Shown piece by piece: positions 29,504 through 37,700 of a stretch of DNA of 64,000 bases. This stretch comes from an uncultured virus (IMG/VR IMGVR_UViG_3300043467_002020) (Duplodnaviria > Heunggongvirae > Uroviricota > Caudoviricetes): the IMG/VR virus record IMGVR_UViG_3300043467_002020, one strand, 5' to 3'. A model generated the notes under the pieces. It ran no database searches, was not told the origin of the DNA, and was given only the letters and a program-made list of their open reading frames with translations. Position numbers and translations under genes: made by a program. Positions within the stretch are counted from its first letter, which is position 1. The number at the start of each line of letters is the position of its first letter.

Positions 29504-31615
29504 ATGCGTTGGAACCCGTCTCAAAATAAAAATATAATCCCCCCGTCCCGCAAGGACCTGGGCTATGGAGCTCCGGTATCCATAAACCCGTCTCTAGCAG
29601 GGAAAGCGTATAAGGATGGATGGGACATTGAACGCGCCTATCGCGAGGGAATGTCCAAGATTACTTGGGTCAATAGATGTATTGATGCGATTGCTGGAAA
29701 TCAGGCTCGCCTTCCAATTATTCTTAGGAAAGACAACTCTAATCAGGGGGAAATAGTTCGTGGCCGCGAGGCCAACAGGTCTACCCTCTTAGAGCTCTTG
29801 AATAATAAGGCGAATGTAGGAGAAAACTCTTTTATTTTCCGATACAGATTGTCGGCTCAGCTGATGCTCGGTACTCGAGGGGCATTCGTAGAGAAAATTA
29901 GAGGACGGGATGGGGGGATTATTGCCCTCAACCTTCTTCCACCTCAATCAACGGCACCAATACCGGACCCCAAAAAGTTCGTATCAGGGTACGAAGTACA
30001 AATGCCCTACGGAGAAAAGCAGTTCTTAAAGCCAGAAGATGTTTGCTGGATAAGAAGACCGCACCCTCTCGACCCTTATCTGTCCCTTACGCCACTGGAA
30101 GCGGCTGGGGTTGCCATTGAGATAGAAAACCTAGCCAAAATCTACAACCGCAACTACCTGCTTAATGATGGTCGTCCTGGCGGCATTTTGGTTGTTCGTG
30201 GAGAGATGGAAGAAGACGATAAGGAGGAGCTTAGAAATAGGTTCCGCGGCAATCTGGCAAGGGCTGGCCATACAACAGTTATTGCTGCCGATGACGGTGT
30301 TGATTTCGTCGATACTTCGGCCAATCCGCGCGATGCGGCATATGTTCAGATGCGTCAAATAACAAAAGAAGAAATTCTGTCAGCATTTGGTGTTCCTGAA
30401 TCCGTCATAGGAAACGCTTCTGGAAGAACATTCAGTAATGCCGGAGAAGAAATCCGTGTTTTTTGGATGGAAACAATGCTCCCCCATCTTGAGCCAATCG
30501 CCAGAGCTCTTGATGAACTCGATGACAAGTATTATCTAGATTTTGACACGTCAGAAGTCCCAATTCTTATGCTCTACAAGCAGGAAAGAGACAGGTACCT
30601 GTTACAGGAGTTCCAGGGCGGGTTAATCAGCGCGAATGAGTACAGAATCGGTTCTTCTCGCAAGGAAGTTGAGGCAGACCTCGCGGACTCTTTGCTACAG
30701 AACCCCAATCTTATTCCAATTGCTAATACCAAAAAGAAAATGGAAGAAGGCCAGACCGAAGTTCCAGGTATGCCGGGAATGCCACCAGGTATGCCTGGAA
30801 TGCCGCCGGGAATACCGGGAATGCCGCCGGGTGTGCCAGGAATGCCCCCAGGACCAGTTCCGCCGGGCGGCGAACCTGTACCGCTGGACGTCAATACGAT
30901 GGCTGGGGCACTTGCAGAGTCCGCAGCCAGTGGTCAGCTTGCCCAAACTACGACCCCGCCAGAAGCCTTTGGTGGTGGCGTGCAGGCCCCAATGCCCCCA
31001 GGACCTATGTCCGTGGCATCGTCGCCGGATAACGAAATACAGGTAAAGTCCACGGAAGAAAAACAAGAGACCAAAGACCCAATCGACCGCAGCGAACAGG
31101 CAATAGAGCGGTGGACCAATATCCTAGCTCGTGGCATGGAGAGAGTTATCGAGCGCCAGCAACGGGTAGTTCTCGAAAAGGCAAGTGGGGCAAAATCAAG
31201 GAAGGCCTTAATGCACGGCACGCTTGATATTGAATCCGTGTTGTCAATAGAAACATGGAACAGACAGTTTGATGAAGATATTCGCCCCGTTGTGTCCTCG
31301 ATAATTAACGATTCCTTTGAGTCGCGAGTCGATGATGCGTCTACGAAAGGTCTAAAAATCAAAGCACTGCCAGCAAAAGATGTCCGAGCAATGGTTGATG
31401 CACATACATCCAGAATGAAGAAAATTAATGAGGTTCATTTCAATGAAATTAACTCCTTAATGCTTAAATCTTTCGTATATGCAGACGAAGAAAAACGGTT
31501 TAGCTTCTTTCGTGATGGCCTCGTAGAAATGTTTACGGATTTTTTTGCGCACCAGCAAGAATTGCTAGCAGAGCGCGAGACAAGGTCGGCATGGAGTTTC
31601 GGCCAGACAGTTTAA
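29504..31615 (+). CDS. portal protein (HK97 family) with Pro/Gly/Met linker and MuF-like C-terminal helical domain
   Basis: 'WVNRCIDAIA...LP', 'NDGRPGGIL', 'EILSAFGVP..VIG', 'ISANEYR'. Confidence 0.92.
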   Translation: MRWNPSQNKNIIPPSRKDLGYGAPVSINPSLAGKAYKDGWDIERAYREGMSKITWVNRCIDAIAGNQARLPIILRKDNSNQGEIVRGREANRSTLLELLNNKANVGENSFIFRYRLSAQLMLGTRGAFVEKIRGRDGGIIALNLLPPQSTAPIPDPKKFVSGYEVQMPYGEKQFLKPEDVCWIRRPHPLDPYLSLTPLEAAGVAIEIENLAKIYNRNYLLNDGRPGGILVVRGEMEEDDKEELRNRFRGNLARAGHTTVIAADDGVDFVDTSANPRDAAYVQMRQITKEEILSAFGVPESVIGNASGRTFSNAGEEIRVFWMETMLPHLEPIARALDELDDKYYLDFDTSEVPILMLYKQERDRYLLQEFQGGLISANEYRIGSSRKEVEADLADSLLQNPNLIPIANTKKKMEEGQTEVPGMPGMPPGMPGMPPGIPGMPPGVPGMPPGPVPPGGEPVPLDVNTMAGALAESAASGQLAQTTTPPEAFGGGVQAPMPPGPMSVASSPDNEIQVKSTEEKQETKDPIDRSEQAIERWTNILARGMERVIERQQRVVLEKASGAKSRKALMHGTLDIESVLSIETWNRQFDEDIRPVVSSIINDSFESRVDDASTKGLKIKALPAKDVRAMVDAHTSRMKKINEVHFNEINSLMLKSFVYADEEKRFSFFRDGLVEMFTDFFAHQQELLAERETRSAWSFGQTV

Positions 31616-31673
31616 AGAAATTACTATTTCAGTAAAATAAATAATATTTTCTTTAAACAAATAACTTTGGTGA

Positions 31674-31709
31674 TAGTTGCACCGGACAGACTTCTAAATC
31701 GCTTATTAT
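31674..31709 (+). promoter_or_regulatory. putative late promoter (TAGTTGCAC-N21-TATTAT)
   Basis: intergenic AT-rich region upstream of the protease giant; motif shared with sheath and capsid. Confidence 0.55.
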
Positions 31710-31741
31710 TTTCAATAGACACGACGTGAAGGGTCTATCGA

Positions 31742-34700
31742 ATGCCATCAGAATTGTTTGAATATAAGTCGTCTACGCTCGGGCACTCCGACTCCATCAA
31801 TTTGGATGAAGCGCAGGGAATTGTCGAATGCTTCGTGGCTGGCATCGGCAACAAGGACTCTGTGGGCGACATCGTTGCCACTGGAGCATTCACGAAGAGC
31901 CTCCAACGCCGTAAGCCGCGCGTTGTCTGGGGACATAGTTGGAACGACCCCATCGGTAAGGTCCTGGAGATTTACGAAGTTCCGAACACAGACAACCGCC
32001 TTCCCATGAAGATGAAGATGGCCGGAATTGGTGGCCTATTTGCTCGCGTTCAGTTTAATCTCAATTCGGAAAAAGGCCGAGAGGCCTTCGCTATGGTTGC
32101 TTTCTTTGGCGAGGAGCAGGAATGGTCGATTGGTTACAAGACACTTCGAGCTCAGTTTGACCAGAAATCCCAAGCAAATATCATTTATGAACTTGAGTTA
32201 TATGAGGTATCTCCGGTTCTGCATGGCGCAAACCAGCTAACTGGGACTATTTCCGTTAAGTCCGAAGAGTTGTCCGGTGGAATCTTGATGTCCATGATGA
32301 ACGAAGAAGACCCAATTGACAAGGCAGAGATAGAAAAGCAGCTTGCTGCAATTTTGGGCGCAAAAGTATCTTTAATGGAAGTTAACGACGAAGAGATTAC
32401 GTTTGCGCGAAGAATGGACAACGGAGAAGTTGGCCGCTACAAGTGTGGATTCAGCAATAATCGCGGACATTATATGTTCGGTGCGCCGCGCCCCATTGTT
32501 GTAATGCCCGCGCGTAAGCCCATTGCTCCTGTAAGCGCAATGCCAATGGCGATGCCAGGTATGCCCCCAAATGAGCCACAAAGAATTGTTCGGCCTTCTC
32601 AAATGCCATCAATCCCAGTTGCTATTAAGCCAGGCGAAAACGGCAACCAGATAGTTCCTTTGCCACCAGTGCAATACGAAAACGATAACGGGAGTCGATT
32701 TGACCCCAACAATCTCGACCAAGAAGAAGTAGACCTCAGGGATGCTCTTTTAAAAATCGTAAAGCGTCACGGAAAGTTCAACGAAGATTCCGAGGGAGTG
32801 TGGGCGGCATATACTCCTGCTGCACAAAATGAAGTTGCCGGAATCGGCGTCAAGTGTTCAAACTGCGTCTTCTATCAGGGTGGAAGCGCCTGCAAGATAA
32901 TCGACATGGAAGTAGAGCCTGAAGGCAAGTGCCGTTTTGCTGTCATCCCAAAGGGTGTTGTCAAGGGAGCTGGCTCAAAGGCATACGAACTCGACGAGGA
33001 ATTTGCCGAAGAAGATTACGTTGCTGACCTCGAGGTAAAATACCCCGGAGAATTGGCAATTGCAGGACTTCGCAAGGTAGTCGGCAAGCGCAGAAAAAAG
33101 CGCCGGAGCTTTAAGTTCTTAAGTGAATTCGGTTCCAAAAACGAAGATTTCGACGATAAGCCATATTTGCTTCCCGTTGTTCCTCAGTTTGCGTTTCAAG
33201 TGAAGCAGATTCTTGACCCAATCTTCGACTATCACGGCGTTGATTCTTTCGTCGACACAAACGGCATCTTCATGACCTCTGGCGTTACCTACGAATTGAT
33301 TGAGGCAGTCGACAATGCAGTCGCAAACTTAAAAAAAAAATCCTTAAGTGAAAACAACCTAGAGTGGAAAGCAGCCGGGTATCGCCTCGGCAGAGCTATT
33401 AGTGGCCGTTTAACTGACCGCCCAAACATAGGCGGAGGTCGTTCTGCAGGACGTTTCTTCACGTCAATCGGTGCGGAAGACTTTGACCCATTTACCGCAC
33501 GCGACGCGAACCTTAACGGCATTGTTGGAGAGGGACTATTCCTGCGTGGGGTTCCGCTTGCCGTAACTGACCCGACGCCAGATGGCCCTGGCTCTATCCG
33601 TAACCCCAAGCCATCCCCCAGGCAGGTTGCGAAGCCGAATGCTGCAGCAATTTCTCGAGCGGAAATTCAAGTAGAGAAAATAACAAAACCTAAAGAGCGC
33701 CAGAAACTTTCCTCTGGAAGCGAGCTTGTAAATCTTCCGCGAATAGACGACCCGGATGTTGATTCGGCAGAAAAATATGGCGCAGCAGAGTCGCAGCGTG
33801 ACGAGCTTCAAGGCGTTTTGGATGGAGCATCAGATTCTGACCAAATAAAGAAGTTAAAGAAGGCCATTGCCGAAATCGACAAATACATGGAACGTGTCGA
33901 GAAGATGGCCGAAGGCGAAATGGCCGATACTGAAAAGCCAAAGAAAAAGCCCGTAAAAAAGCAGGTAGAAAAGACCAGCCAAGGTCTTTCAAGCGGCTAC
34001 GGCAAGTACCTAAATAAGCCCGAGGCGAAGCGGACAGGCGATGAGAAGGCCAAATATGATGGAGTGCTTTCGTCTGGCACACTAAATGTTGGGGACGAAA
34101 TCCCCGAAGATTCCCCACTCGTGCAGGAAATGTACGATGAGATGACGAAGCAAATTCTTGATGCGCTTCTGGGGCTTTCGCTCAATCCTGATTCAAAAAC
34201 GTGGCAGTTTCCATGGCGGAACCCCGAAGCTTATGCAAGAAATCCAACAAGCGGTAGAATTTATCAGGGCACAAACCAAATGCTCCTACAGCTAACTGCC
34301 AGTGCTCGCGGGTACCAGACTTCCAGGTGGGCTGGGGCTGGGCAATGGAAAAAACGTGGCGGGAAGATTAGTGCGAAAGACCTATCTACCAAGGGCGTAA
34401 AAGTTCTAGTACCGCAACGAGGCAGAGAATCTGTTGACCTAAATGGAAATATTGTTTCTGGTCCAAAAACATACAAAGTTATGGAAGTCTTCAACGTCGC
34501 TGAAGTCAAGGGGCTCCCAGAGAAGTTTTATGCTCTTGAAGATGTAGAGATAAATAAAGAACAGAGACTTCAGGACCTAGAAACAGTCATTCAGGAGATA
34601 GGGCCAGCATTCGTTGAATCGAAGGGCTCGCAGGCGTTCTATCGGCCAGGCACCGACAAAATTCATATGCCTGCATTTGAACAATTTAAAGACGCTTTGG

Positions 34701-37700
34701 CTTTTTACGGAACTGCCATGCATGAAACAGTCCACTGGACATCACATCCGAGCCGACTCGATAGAAAATTAGGGAAAACGTTTGGTGATGAAGGCTACGC
34801 CTTTGAAGAGCTGATTGCAGAAATCGGCTCAGCATTCGCAATGGGCTCAATGGGTCTCGAGCCCGTAATTCGCGAAGACCATATTTTGTATCTGAACGCA
34901 TGGATGAAGAAGCTACAGTCAGACCCAACTGCGATTCATAGGGCGATTCTTCAGGCTCAACAGGCAAATGATTACCTGCTCAATCGCTCGGCAACAATGC
35001 GCCGTTTGGCTGGAATTCCAGACGATGAACGCAAGGGCAAGATAGATACCTGGCTGGAAGTTCCAAATATTGCGGGATACGAAGACAGCCCACTTATCCC
35101 GCCGAGTAGGCCCATTTCTGGTTTCATCGAAGACATGCTTGATTTGGACCAATTTGATGAAAATCCAGATGCCCAGATGGCTCGGTTAATGATTCCGAAT
35201 CCAGACGGGGAACTCTCTCGCGACGAAAAAATAATTCGTGCTTCTGAGTTTATCGGTGACGTCGGAAAGAAGAGTCGCGATGGCTCTGTTATAGGTGCTG
35301 ACGGACTTTCAAGCGGCAAGGTAACTGGACCAATCAAGGGCGCAAAAGATGGCGTTCCCGAGGTCAAGCGCAGCGACAGGTCTATTTCTTACAGAAGAGT
35401 GTTTAAGCTCAAGGTTGAGCCAACTGCTGAACAGAGAGACATTCTTGACTTAGTGATTAATCTGGTCAGAAACAAAGACCCGAAAGTGTTGAGCGTTCTT
35501 GCTGGTGCAGGAACCGGGAAAACAACTTCCTTAAAAAATGTTTCATGGGTTTTAGAGAGAGAATTCAACGTGCCTTCCAAGGGCGAGGAAAGGGTTGAGC
35601 ATCTAAAGTATCTTACCGATAGATATGGCGTCTCTTTTGACGGAATGAATGACGCAGCAATCAACGATGCTGTGAAAGAACTCGCAGAAAAATACAAAAT
35701 GGGTGACATGTATTATGCTGTATTTGGTGTCAAGAATCAGCTCGAGGCAGAGGTGCAGTTCCCGGGAAATACAGGAATTGCAACAACCTCAAAGATTTGG
35801 TACTACTCCCTCACTCTTGGTCAGGGTGATAAGAAATTTGGAAAAAATTTAAGGAGAAAAATCCAAGCTGGCATCTTAGAGAGAGATGGTGAAAAAAGGT
35901 TTGGGAAAAAGAAGAATCCAAAGTTCATAAGCGCGGAGAAAACGCCAGATGAGCCGCCAATGATTCCGTACGACTTTAGTGGCGTGACTTTTGATGGAGA
36001 TACGGTGACCGTATCTGGAAAGAGGCCTGGGTTCAAGGAACTTGGCTGGCAACGTCTCGACGATGGGGCAGATTGGGTCGATTTCCTAAAACTCAAAGAA
36101 CGGTCAGACAAAATAACGTTCACAAGAGGGGACGTTGAACTCGAGGGTTTCAAGCTTCCAAATGGCGCAGAAGTTACGGTCGAGGAATTTGGTGACCTTT
36201 TCAACAAAGCAATGCGCAGGTGGACGCTTTCTGTAGACGAAAAAACATCAAAGAAAATGTTCTTGATGTCAGAACTCGAAAAAGAAGGCCTTGAGAGCGC
36301 GAAAGGGCAAAAGAAGATAGCTCGCGGAGAAATTAGTCCCGTTGATGCCACTTTCGCGGAACAAGAAATTCCCGACGAGTGGATAGGCATGCTTCAGGGG
36401 GCCGTCGACAAAATGCTCGATGGAGATTCAAATCTTCTTCTTCATCGTGACGCCGGGCCAAAGGTATGGATGTTAACCGACCCCGACCTCCGTACGGACC
36501 CTGGCTTGGTTGGGCATGCTGGAACATCGTCAATTAAAAACAAAACAATTCCTAAATCTTATGAAGTTGGCGGAACTTACGAAATTGATGGTGAAGAGTG
36601 GATTGTGACAAGCGTGAAGCCCAACAAAGGCAACACGCAAATGGCAAAACTTTCTAAAAAATTTGCCACAAAAGATAAACCTTTAGCTGCATTCTTTGTT
36701 GACGAAGCTCAAGACTCAAACCCAATTATTGAAAAAGTTCTTCTTGATAATAGAAAAAACCTTCCAATAATTGTTGTCGGAGATGACCGTCAGGGAGTAT
36801 TTGCATTCAATGATGCAAAAAATATTCTTTCCTCACTCGAGCCAGACTACGAACTGGAGATAACACAGTCTTTCCGCTATGGAAGCAATGTGGCTCACCT
36901 CGGAAACCTTGTTTTGGCTCTACAAAACCTATACCTGACAAAGCAGGGGGTCAAACAACCGCCGTGGAAACACGTCAAGGGCGAAGCACAAGGCGTTGTT
37001 TATAAAAACTTTGACGACCTCCTTCCAGAAAAAAATAGGGTTCTCAAAGATTTGCCGGAACTATCGGAAGCTGAGAGAAGAGAAAAAATTCTTTTTATTG
37101 AGAACACTTACTCTACTCCAGATAGAAAAATTGATATAGCTGATTTGCCGCGTAAAGAGCAGGACAAGGCATTGCTCGCTCTACGTGATGAGTTAGTTCT
37201 GCCCAAGGCTGGCGTAATAGTTGATGCTGCTGAGGAAATCAAAAAAGGCAACCTGCCATCTATGATTCTCACTAGGTCTAATAGACAAATTATCAATGAG
37301 GCTCAGGGATTTCTTATGCAGTTCCTGTTATCACCAAAAGGAAAAGACAAAAACGGCAATTCGATAATGCCAGAAATTGTCATACCCGCGAAAAAACATA
37401 CGCAGATGGCCGCATTTGCCGAGCACCTGTTGTACATAATGTTGCCAGAAGCCTCGAAAAAAGAATACGACAAGAAGCGTAACGGCAGACCACCGGAGTC
37501 TTCAATCATAGGACCCGTATGGAATATCGGTCAGCTAAAAAGAAAAGTTAATCAATCTCAATATTCTCAGCTGACAACTCTTTTTAGGCTCACCCAGCAG
37601 CCCGACCCCAATGACCCATCTGGATTACCGCTGGGTGCAAAAGGATTGCTAAGGCTACTAAATGGAACCAGTAGATATGTAACAGATGACAAGGGGAAGA

